A program made the position numbers and the translations under genes. The notes beneath the pieces are model-generated. The model saw nothing but the letters and a program-made list of their open reading frames with translations. It had not been told where the DNA came from and made no database searches. A stretch of DNA of 58,644 bases, the filler included, from Sphacelaria rigidula (Eukaryota), in NCBI GenBank assembly GCA_964200075.2. It is 7 parts of 7 records of this genome, joined end to end, with 100 filler letters (N's around TTAATTAATTAA, not from the genome) between each part and the next. Parts side by side here need not be neighbours in the genome. Positions count along the whole stretch, not along the records: positions 25,178 to 33,469 come from CAXNAA020011627.1; positions 33,570 to 41,861 come from CAXNAA020011628.1; 5 more parts are not named here. One strand, 5' to 3'. Positions 25,336 to 36,382 of the stretch are shown here, one piece after another (position 1 is the stretch's first letter; each line of letters begins with the position of its first letter).

Positions 25336-26815
25336 GTTGAAATCTACCACGAAGATACATTATCGAGACGTTAACTTTAAGTGCAGATGCCGCTGTCGCA
25401 CTTGTTTTTGTTCGAGATTGGCGAACGAACGTTGTTGCGATATATATGCCGGACATATGAAATGTCCATACCGGCACGGAGTGCAACCGACCAGGGGAAA
25501 AGGAAGTTCCATCGGAAGAGGGACAGTTGTCGACCGGAACGCACGGCAATGGTAATTAGCGGCGAATTAGGTGCACATCGAAAGCGCCATCAGTGTACTC
25601 TACCTGAGCAGGCGGATGCGATGGTCACAAAAACTGTGTTATCTTACGAAGAGCCGGCAATCCAGACTAAAGGAACAATTCTTGCCATCGACACATGATA
25701 TTCCATCGTCGTTTTTCGATGGCTTGTCCCGAGTCATTGTTTCCACTTTTTGCATTCTTCTATTTCCGATCGACATTTATTTGGTATGTAACCGATTGTT
25801 CTTCCGGAAATATTCGTGTTGTAAACCGCTGAACAAAATAGTGGACTTCGTTCCGTGCCTGGAAACGGTCAATCACATGCAGAACAGTCGGGAACGTTGC
25901 GGAAGACTTGAAAGAGGTGCGGAACAGGTCCGGCTCCTCAAACCAAGTCTGGTCGAGCAGAAAAAACGAATGCCAGCCGCCGAACTCCTCATTACCTGTA
26001 AATCGGAGATCGGTGACCCTGCAGTCGGAACAGTGGAGAGCCCAGCTTTCCCCACAAATCCCACGCGAGTACCTGAAATTTCACGAAAGATCCTGGTTAG
26101 TGTGCGTCACCGAAGCTAATCCAGACAGACCATAACAAGAAAGACATCGACCAAAACAAATGGGAAGAAAATAAAAGTAGGTCCGACAATACTCGTCATA
26201 GGTGCGCTGGAGCGGTATACGTATATTTGATGACGAATAAGGCACTCTCTACAACCTGACGATGGACACTGAGTGGATATCTTTCAAGATCCGTTTTTTT
26301 TGTGCACCCTTAGTCGAGTGAATTGTGGTACTCGTTCGCCGCCAGCGATAGCACGTCGAGTCCAGAAGTACTGACTACGAAGCGATCGCTACTATGCCCT
26401 GTACTGCCAGTAGCTGGAAACACGGTGGCACTGCTCGACGTGTCGATGTTTCGCTGCTGGTACTCTTGAGAGCGAATCACACCACGAGATTAACTTCCGT
26501 GGACACTTTCGGTTCTTCTTCCCTCCCTCACATTCATCTCAAACGCCTTAACGCCTTTGTTGCATGTCATAATTATTGTGATAGCGTAATCCTACGACGG
26601 GGGGGTAGGGCCTCATATGCCGCCTGCCTTCGGTATTTAATTATACAAAACTCAGAGGGTAATAGGCGTGTTCAGACGACCTAACACACTCCCGGTGCGC
26701 TTTTAGTTAGGTGAGCACGGTGTCAAGTAATATGAATGAACGTGTCTTAGTAGTAACATGGGGCGTTCGAACGACGATCTGAAGTGAAATTTTGTGGAGG
26801 AAATGGCCCATAATA

Positions 26816-26915
26816 CCCCCCCCCCTCTATGTGTACGCCCCCCCCCCCTCTATGTGGTCAATGGTCAAACGACTAAGGCAAGCAACAAATGAGTACGCCC
26901 CCCCCCCCTCTATGT
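26816..26915 (+). mobile_element. two ultra-truncated non-LTR retrotransposon (family A) 3' ends in a triplicated poly(C) target site
   Basis: [C10TCTATGT] GTACG [C11TCTATGT] GGTCAATGGTCAAACGACTAAGGCAAGCAACAAATGAGTACG [C11TCTATGT]. The 42-mer matches the 3' terminus of the LINE fragment at 33651-34105. Confidence 0.8.
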
Positions 26916-27285
26916 CGTAGGATGGCTCCATAGCGGTTGTGTTCTTTTATTCGGGCCAGAGGAGCAATCAGCCAGGGTCACAGACAAGAGAGGGATCAAG
27001 TAGCACCCCTTCCGAGAGACGATCGTCGGGTCGACGATATGTAAGCCGTGGGGAATGACGGAGTTTCTACTAGACTCTAAACCTCCATCGCATGTTTCTG
27101 TGCCGCGTTCTCGGCAATTCCTCCTTGCAACTGGGCAACACGACACAGCACCCTTAGCGATGGCCTACGTGAGCCAGCGGGGCCTTGGCTATTTGCGAAG
27201 CACGTTAGCTGAATGGTCTATTGAGAGAACAACTCGAAACATCGACTCTATTGGACTTCATTTGTTCTCACTTCACCCTCCATAC

Positions 27286-30200
27286 CCGCTCCCAGCAGCA
27301 GGTTGTCCCCCGGGTCGAAAGCCAAGGATCGAATAGCCGCTCGATTGCCGTGCTTAGACTGCTCGTGGACGGAGCAGGGGGGGGAGGGGGGGGGCTAGGG
27401 GTTTCCATAAGACATGGACAATCCATTGATATATTTGTTGCACTGTGCCACATTAACGCATCTCCTGCGAACCCACCCGCGGTCATAAGATGTCCGAAAA
27501 CAATCAAAATGGGGGATTCGCGTGTAATCAAGCATAGCCATCGCTGTGACTACAAACACGAGCGGTAACATCCAACAACACGCACGGCGATACCGATTCT
27601 GACAAAACGTGAGGGGGGGGGAGTACAAACGAAGAGAACCAAGTGTAAGGTAGGACGGGAGAGTCTAGTTGCAGGGGGACTGCAACGACACTCCGAACAT
27701 CATGTCTACAAAGCGCACATTTTGAGAGGGCAAAGGTACCCTATCATGTCCATTAGTGAGCGGTCCAATTGCATTCACATGCCTCAGACGTCGGACCACA
27801 CCATTACACCAAAATCCACAACGGCTAGGACAAACGAGCGCTAAGGAAAGTTGCGTGATAGAGTCACTGCATTATACCAGGGCGCCTCACATATACGAGA
27901 CTGCACCAGTCTTTCGCATTAGCGTAGAACATTCGTGGTCCTGTAAAAAGGTAGAGGCTTCGCCTGCCCATTACAGGATGACACACGCCCCTTCAAAGGG
28001 ATTACCTACTGTGCAGACAAGGGTTACACGGAGGCCTCACTTGTACATACGAGCCCTTTTCGATATCCCACACGTACACGGCTCGATCGAGCCCACAGCT
28101 GATGAGACGCTGCCCGCACTCTGCCTCTGAGCCACTCACAGCCAACAAATCCTGTCAGTATGCGCACACGTGAGGACGGAGGTCGAGGGTGTTGAGGACG
28201 TCACCAGAGCAAACAAGCTATATCCCCCGAACAAAAATGAAGGTGAAGGGGAATTATCACATTGCGAGGACGACGGTTTGTTTTCAAGGCCATTCGTTGA
28301 TGCCGCGTGGAAACTCAAGGATGAAGGAGGGTACTTGATGGATTGCTCACATATTCAGTACTACTACTGTGTACATCCTGTAGACCATTTCAGAGCCTGC
28401 ACGTACGTTGGTTAGCCAACATTAGCACAGCCCTTGCGGCGTTCCAAGTGCTCGGTATCAGCACCTTCGCGGCGTGCGTCTTTAGTTTGCGTCTGAAAAC
28501 ATATAACGGAGTACGTCAGCGTATACCTGAACAATGTCGCTGTGGCGCTTCAGCGCGCCAACCTGCGTGACTGTGACCCGCACGCCCGGTTGCGTATCGT
28601 TGGCCACAGCTTCATAGTCCGTATCAATTGAAAAGGGTAAAATTGCGCCGTCACAGCCCGACGTGAAAGCCAGGCCCGTCACTGGACAGTACTCCAGCAC
28701 GTACTAATCACGATAGGGCGAGGTTTGCGGGGAGGACGGTAGCGGCGTGTAACGTCGAACAAAACGATAGACGTTCGGGCCGGTGGGGTATCAATTGTGC
28801 AGGCACTCCGTAGTTGATATGTCCTGGCGCGACAAAAGTGTACCGCTGAAATATTTAGGCTTCATCCGTGTGCACATCGTGGGTGTTTTACGTCCTATCC
28901 CATCCGAAGTATGTTTTCCGGTTCGCGCCACACAGGGTAACTCATTAAAATGGAGAGCAATCAATAAAATGCGGAGCAATTCTCCTTCACACCCACGATT
29001 GATGTGATATTTCGATAGCTCCTATGCCGAATCCATTGCATTGTGTGTGTGTGTGTAGTATGTCATGAGTATGGCATACTGAAGTGGCGCCAGCACATCT
29101 AGGTCGTTCCGGACCGTGCACCTGCTGCGACGAGGTCTTCACCAGCGCCACCCGAACGTAGGTGTCGCCTGCGAAGAACGCTAGACTCAAGTCGCTCCTC
29201 AGCACCATCAGCAAATTCTTCGCCTGGGTATATAAAAGAAGATGTAAGAACGAATTTGTCGGTTCAGTCTCGACAGACTGTTTGGAATTGCCGGTTAAAA
29301 CAGCGAGCCCTGTCTAGCCAGCGTACGGCATTGCCCGTACTATTCCCTTTGGCAAAGTATGCATGCTTGTCGATGATACTGACTTAAGTGCCGCGTAAGC
29401 ATTTCGAGACACGGTAGAGTAGGATCGATTTTTTCTGCAATTCTCAATTTTTGTATGTAAACTGGAGACACCTAGTGTGCACTTCAGCTCGAACATTGAC
29501 CAATGGGCGACGGTGCGATCACTTGTTGAACGCTAGCGACCACAGGCATTGCTCCCAGAATCACAGGTCCCGTCATTGTACCTCAAGCTACGCTAGTTCC
29601 ATGGTGAAACCTACGGCGTCGTCGAGAATCACCAAGCAGTATGGTGTTTGTTCACACCGATACTCGGTGAGTCCTACGTAATTTCCAAAACCGAAATTTG
29701 GCATCCTAGTTGCAGTGCCTCATCGCGTCTTGCAGTGTTCAGAATACAAAGCGCGAAGGCCTGGCGAAAGAACTACAGCACAGTTTCACGCGGAGTCAGG
29801 AATAGGTGCAAGACTTGACGCTTTCGCTTTGACCGCAGCAATGCCAGTGAGTTGGTGTCTCATGTGTCCATGGCAAAAAGCCTTCATCGTTACAAAGCTC
29901 TAGAGTTTTCTTCACCCAAAAACCATCTTCTGCTCCCTTCGATATATATATATATTTTGCGTGAGCGAGTCTTTTCGTTTTGCTTACCTGGCCTATCCCC
30001 ATTTGGTGACCACGGCTGGGTCATGACTACCTCAGAAATAAGTCAATGTGCGACAATCAATCACATCGATGCTCGAAACAACTTTTTCAAGGCATTCATT
30101 GTACTCTACGAGCACAAGACTCTCAAAAAAGAACATTCGAACCTCGGGGTTTTCGTTGTCGTAAAAATTGCGGAGCATCACCCCACATGAGTTCCACGAC

Positions 30201-30548
30201 GATAACTGTGTCTAAGTGACAAACAGCACGCATTGGTACACACCCAAATCATGTCAGAATGCCTTATTATATTCATGGCGAAAAACTGACGGCTGTTGAG
30301 GGCAAAACCAACGAGTGTCATGAGCAATTTTCATCACTTCTACATACTGGTCCGTTACCTACTGTTGAGTTGACGTCTGGAAATAGTTCCCCACGTCATG
30401 TAGTAGTAGCATTATAACAAAGTTTCGTACACGCACCTCAATGTACTTGACATCCATGGCGAACACAACCGGAGCTCCCCTGTTCCGAGTAGGGTTGGCA
30501 CCGGTCCCGAGCATGCGAGTTTTGCCGTCTTCCTCCAGAATCGCGGCG
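27286..30548 (-). CDS. WD40-repeat protein, internal exons (partial)
   Basis: Minus-strand exons 30548-30437, 29223-29122 and 28703-28563 splice in frame (...VVFAMDVKYIE|AKNLLMVLRSDLSLAFF...KTSSQQ|YVLEYCPVTGLAFTSGCDGAILPF...). Exon 27358-27286 gives SKHGNRAAIRSLAFDPGDNLLLGAG, a WD40-like blade. Exons between 28562 and 27359, and possible upstream exons near 32600-32980, are unresolved. Confidence 0.7.
29852..30063 (+). mobile_element. SINE/LINE 3' end with (CAAT)n tail (family C)
   Basis: Similar to 31972-32180. Terminal motif GGCTGG.TCATGACTACCT.GGGG.TCAGTTAATGT.CGACAATCAATC also at ~49950-50012 (+) and, inverted, at ~39655-39720 and ~46820-46875. Confidence 0.6.
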
Positions 30549-31971
30549 CTGGATCCATGTTCGAAACCCTGGACACAATCAGAATGGAGGAGTACAACAA
30601 CAACAACAACAACAACAACATGGGTTCTAGCTCGTACAATTCGGACAGAAAACGGCGATCGATAGTCAAGCCCTTGTCGCCACGACGGCTAACAATCGCC
30701 AGAAGAATTCCCATCCATCCGCCACGCCCTTACCATTCCATGACGCTATTGACCACAGTATTGTGATTTCATCGGATGTTACCTGGCTACCTACATCTTG
30801 TACTTTGATCACATGCTCGCATGCTCGATAGTGTCACTGCAGAGCGTACAATTCCCCCCGCCAGGATCAATACGTCAGTACCCCTTGCTGGGCGTCGGGG
30901 ACCCCCTGTTGTCGCAAGCTGTATACCTGGACTTCCTCGACGGGAGAGATGGCAAGGAACGCTTCAGTCCGTTTCACTCCATCTCGCTTCGCTTGACGCG
31001 GTCGCATGCATGGATCCCAAGCCTGCATAAAAGTACAAATACGTCGACTATCGACTTGTTGGCAGTTTTGAAACGATGGGCTGAAAAAATGCCTCGGAGT
31101 TACCACCTGCACCTCTGTAGCAGTCAGGCGGATGCTACTTCGATCATGGACGTACACATATATGCTTTGCGTGCATACAGCGCAGCGGTTCGCACACATC
31201 CTGTCGAGCCGAGTTGACCATCGCATAAGTCATTTTCGAGTTTAGCGGCTCCATTGACACCGCTCCCATTATGCCCAAGGTAGGCCCACGGGTGGTTGTA
31301 ACCAACATGTGATCGCTGATGCCGTAGGGATGTAACTTCAGGGTACTCAAACTCAGCTTCCGCTATCGTGTCGTGCGGAAGAACGAGAAGAGGTAGCTTG
31401 CTAAATGGGTACAATACCAGGATATTCTGAGACCCGAAACGACCAGCAACACGAGGAATACTGTATAATTCTGCACGATTGGCAGTCAATTCGATATCCT
31501 CACACATCTTCACCAGTGTCTCTCCCGACCCTCAGGCGCTACTGCAATGTAACTTTAGGGGTATAGGCTAAACAAAACAAATAGTTCAATAACGAACGTG
31601 TCAAAAATATGCTGAAGGTAGCCCTTAACGGGGTTTCATGAAGGGGATACGCATCTAGCCCACCCCATGTAAGAAACTTCGGCGGTCATGTCGCACGCAC
31701 CTGCACCACCGGTCCGACGCACGCAAGGATGCGCCCCAGTTGCGGAACGTAGCGAACCTTGCGTACGGGCAGTTTCGCTACGAATGCCTGGGACACAAAC
31801 GCACGGGAACAAACAAACCACGAAGGGCACTATGGCTACAATTTCGTTTTCGGTGGAATTTATGAAACGACAGGGTCGAGATGAGTCGATCCCGCTGAAC
31901 GGTGTACCCATGATCATGCATGCCATGTCGATCCCGCTGAAGGGGGGGAGGGAACGCGCAGAACGCGATAT

Positions 31972-32180
31972 TTGGTGTCCCATATATCCATGGCAAAAAC
32001 CCTTCGTGGCGGAGAGTTCTGGTGTATCACGCAAAAACCACCTCCTGCTCCCTTTGATTTCTCACGTTTTTTTTATCTTCAGCAAGCGCTTCCGTTCTGT
32101 TTACCTCGGGTACCACCATCTTGCGGATAATGACTAAATCACGACTGGGTCCCTCGGGGATCAGTTCATGTGCGAGAATT
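31972..32180 (+). mobile_element. family C SINE/LINE 3' end, second copy
   Basis: TTGGTGTC.CAT.T.TCCATGGCAAAAA.CCTTC...AAAAACCA.CT.CTGCTCCCTT.GAT shared with 29852-30063. Confidence 0.55.
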
Positions 32181-33650
32181 GATGAAAATAATTCTCGAAA
32201 CACCTATTTTCGATTGTGCGTGCGAGTTCTATCATCGGCTGATTCTCGGACCAATCGTTCCACAAGAGTCACTTCCCTCGCCTGCCCTTTGTCTATCTTG
32301 CATATCTTCCTCTTCTCGAACCATTGTTTACTTCTTCCCTTTTCCTTCTTCTCCCTGTGTCGAGTTCCCTGGAGCGAATGCTTTCGTTTCTTTACCTTGG
32401 ATACTTCCGTCCTGTGACAACGGCGGATCACCTTGTGTGCGACCATCTACAAATCAATTGACGAGTCATTCAATCAATCAAGGACGCCCAACAGTTGTCC
32501 TCCTTCAGCTAACGGCGCCTCAGGGTTGTGTTTTCGTGGCCATCTATCCCAACCTTCCAAATCATACTGACGTAGATGATTCTGCTTGACAGCGGTGTGA
32601 GGAGACCGCACGCACGTAAGCATATTCAGCCGTTCGCGTACTACTGCAGCACCTCCCTTGATTGATGCGAATCTTTTCATAGAGCGAAGCTTCCCCACTT
32701 ACGACATAAGGCGTGCGTCAAAGTATTCGGTTTGTCGAGATATTCCCTTCTATAGAAATATTTGTTCTTCGAGAGACCAAGGCGGAATATTTCAAAAGCC
32801 GCAACGATCCTTGGCCTTGTGGCCGCCAGAGGTTCTCCGGAGACCGAAGCGGAACGCGTGTCACCGAGAGCGCTGATACACCCCCTACTGCGACCTCATT
32901 CTGCGAGGACACTGACAATGCCCGCAAGCGGCGTGGGTGACGAAGATGTCGGACAACATCCGCGGTGGTATCATACGCCACCTGCGCCGCCGTGCGGTGA
33001 GAATTCCTTTGGAATCGCGAGAGACACAAGGACTCAAAAAGTGCGATGTTTGGTGCCACAACAAACTGTGGGTGTGGGCAAAATATGGACAACCACAACA
33101 GATATACAGCTTCCTAGTTTTTCATCGTCTGACTGAAGGGGCGCAGGGTGAATTGGGTTGCCGTCCGGAATCGAAGAGTTTGAGTATCGAAAGATCAACG
33201 TTTTGGTTCAAGCGAGCTCGCTTCTGGAATTTTCTTTCGATGTTATCGCGTTAACGCACGCGTGCCTGTGCCAAGGTGCAGCTGCACGTGGTTGCCATTG
33301 GATTTGAATTAAAATCATGGGGGAAATGCACCCCTTTGTTGTGAGATGTACATCAGCTCTCGGAGTCATGCTACGAGGGGGGGGGGGGGGGGGGGGGGTG
33401 TCTGTTGTTGTTTCGCCTTGGGGTTTTGTCCTTTAGCCCGACGCCCCTGTCAGGCGGAGCGGCGGTTTCNNNNNNNNNNNNNNNNNNNNNNNNNNNNNNN
33501 NNNNNNNNNNNNNTTAATTAATTAANNNNNNNNNNNNNNNNNNNNNNNNNNNNNNNNNNNNNNNNNNNNTGAGTTGCTTTATTCTGTGGTACCGCCACTT
33601 CCAGAGACAGCCACAGCTTTTACACTGCTTCATGGGGGGGGGGGAGGGGA

Positions 33651-34105
33651 CGTACTCATTTGTTGGTTGCCTGAGGCCTTTGACCAGTGACCACGCATCT
33701 CTTCCGAGATGGAGCATCGTTCCTACTCCTGATAGAGACACCTCCAACATTTGGGCGTTCACAAGGTTCTCCCCCACACATTGCACAAGAAGCTCGTAAG
33801 CATCTTATCATCTTCCTGTTTCGTCGTCTGTAGCCACCATCTATCTTCTAGTATAGCAATCGTCTTCTCGCTACCATCTAACGTACCTCACGAGCTTTTT
33901 ATATACACTCTCGGTTAGTTTCCCCATTTCCTCCTTCAACACGACCAGTTTTTTCTCGTATAATTCACGTTCTCTTACTACATGAGTTCGCCTCTCTGTT
34001 TCTTTGCCACAAGGTCAATTCTGCGCATCTACTTCCTCCTTTCACCCGATTACTGGTGTGCCTCTTTCTTCTTCCTGGCCGGTCCATGTCCCGCACCCAA
34101 AATCA
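33651..34105 (-). mobile_element. 5'-truncated non-LTR retrotransposon (family A): degenerate ORF C-terminus plus 3' end
   Basis: Disrupted translation ..FWVRDMDRPGRRKRHTSNRVKEEVDAQN*PCGKETERRTHVVRERELY...SEKTIAILEDRWW shows a decayed C-terminal CCHC-type motif of non-LTR elements. Ends AACAAATGAGTACG followed by a C-run. Confidence 0.75.
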
Positions 34106-34164
34106 CAGATCCAGCTCAAAGACAAAAAAAAACTAGAGAGAGACATGGCCCAATCATCAGAACA

Positions 34165-34585
34165 AAAAGCTGTGGGATATCGTGGCTAATCTATTCCGAC
34201 CTCACTATTCTGGGTATGAAGCTGTCATCCATGAACCCGGCGGAGGCGAGGTACCAAATTGCTATGAATACCCGCATAAATCGGGAGGAAAGAGCACACA
34301 AGTAGAGCAAGATAAAGGTGGGGAAATAAGGAGAAACAAGGAAGAAGGAAACTATAGAAGCGATGAAACCCAAAGGACGCAGTACAGCACAGTAGGGCAG
34401 GTACAAATACACAAACCAGGGAGCACCGCAGAATTGCTGATTGAGGACAATATCAACAACAGATCGGGAAAGACAGGAGTACATCAGTTTTTTGTGTTGG
34501 CCTCGCTTCTCGCATTCACCCCTAGTCGTGTACAAAGCGGGTCATTCCCTTGGTTATTTCCATCATGGATTCCTCACGAGCAGGT
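34165..34585 (-). repeat. ~400-bp dispersed repeat (likely LINE 3' UTR or SINE), second copy at 39950-40345
   Basis: Both copies share GGGTATGAAGCT.TCATCCATGAACCC and CCAGGGAGCACCGCA, and end in a T-run on the minus strand. Confidence 0.65.
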
Positions 34586-34690
34586 GCTGTTGTTGTGCAA
34601 ACGAGGGTAGATATGGCTGTTCATATGTTTTTCGTGACGTTCCTTACATTATGTTGTCATCTCAAAAACAAACACGATACACGGGGGGAG

Positions 34691-34751
34691 CGTGCTCATG
34701 TGTTGCTTGCCTTAGCCATTTGACCATTGACCACGCATCCATTTCGAGACG
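34691..34751 (-). mobile_element. family A 3'-end fragment
   Basis: Minus strand reads CGTCTCGAAATGGATGCGTGGTCAATGGTCAAATGGCTAAGGCAAGCAACACATGAGCACG, then C-rich sequence. Confidence 0.7.
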
Positions 34752-34780
34752 AAGAATATACAGAGGGGGTGAGCGGGGGG

Positions 34781-35245
34781 TGTACTCATGATCTTGCACG
34801 TCGTAGTCGTGTGACTGTTGACCTCGCACCCCTACAAAGCTGGGACGGAGAACTCCGAGTTTTTGCCGGACCAGGCTCCCAATCACCACAAGGGGTGAGC
34901 TGCATCATGCTAAAATTGGTCGGCCCGAATCGTTCAAGCGATCGTGCATATGGAAGACAGCCTCGAAGGAGTTGCTTCATTTTCTGGTATTTCAACTTCC
35001 AGAGACAGCCACGGGTTACACACTGCCTCATCGATGTCTCGCTATTCAAACGCTACGTAGTACGATCATGCCCTTTGCGCGGAGTTGAGGTTCTCCACCT
35101 TGAACAACGTGCAATCCAACATGACCACCATCAAGGTTACCGCAAAACCTCCCCGCAAACGACAAAAAAGAGCGGTGACCTGGTTGTTTAGCTTAGAAAG
35201 TGAGTGGCGTGTTTTACAGCATCGTTACCAACCGACGTCAAACCT
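34781..35245 (-). mobile_element. family B non-coding retroposon-like repeat
   Basis: Core GG.TTG.CGTCGGTTGG.AACGATGCTGTAAAACACGCCACTCACT..TAAGCTA..CAACCAGGT through CCTGGTCCGGC.AAAA to the 3' end GATCATGAGTACA + C-run. Confidence 0.75.
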
Positions 35246-36382
35246 TGAATACAGGGGAGACGGGGATGGGTACGCGGTAGGTGCAGCTGTGTGCGAGAGA
35301 TGTCGGTAGATTCTTTGCTTGAGTGCAACCTGTTTATATGAAAAACTTGGGGTGTGTCATATGCGTGTCGCGAATACTGAAGGTCTCAGCCACACCGTTG
35401 GGGCATGCACTCGAGAAATACGTCCGTACCTCCTCCGTTCCATTAGTCTGTGTGGTTATCTTTGCACGGACCCTCAACCGTGTCCGACTTCATCATTGGT
35501 TTTCTTGTTGCATTCGTTGGCATTTTATTTGTCAGAACGACTGTTTGATTTTTACCGTTGGGGCTTGACCCATGCGGCCGAGCGGTCCGACACTCGTCCC
35601 TTCTCCGGAGGCACCCCCCCCCCCCCCCCCCCCCCCCCCCCCGCCCCCACCGAACACGCAAAAAAAACAAACACACACCCCCACCAAGACCCAGCACANN
35701 NNNNNNNNGGGGCCCGCGCCTCGCCCCTCCCCGGGAGGGCCCCCCCCCCCCCCCCCGCCCCCCTGGAAAAAATGGCAAAGCAAGTAAAAAACGCTTGCTC
35801 CTCGCACAAAGGTCAGTTTTGCCTCGTCCTGAACCACGTTTGTCGCGTCGTCACCTCTGTCCAGCTCGTCAATCGCGAAACTCGGTCGAATCAGGCTAAA
35901 ACCGTATTCAAAGCGGTCAAAATTGGGTTACTCGGGTCCAAACTTGTGTCTACAAATTATTTCATTTCTTACTTTTCCTTGTTCTAAAATATGAATATCT
36001 CTATATTTTCATTTCTTCGCCGATACTAACAACAGCATCGAAGCAGCCTCTGTTCGAGAGGTGCGATGTGCACCCCATACCCACCCAGACCATGGAATAG
36101 AGGAAGTGTAGGGTAAGCACAGTGACACCTCGACAACGAAAATGTGCGTCCTCGCAGACTAAACAAAAAACTTTGATCTCGGCGCACGTCATGACTGTGA
36201 TAACACACCACAGTTTCAAGGATCATAGCACTGCTCTCCGAAGAAACAGCAATCCCACGTTTCAGCGAACGAGGGTCTGATGGAATCTGAAGCGGAGTCT
36301 ACATGCATTCGCAATGTCGAACCGGATGTTCTTCAAGTGTGCGTGGTCCATGGTCTCCTTTTCATGTCTCGACTGTCATCAG

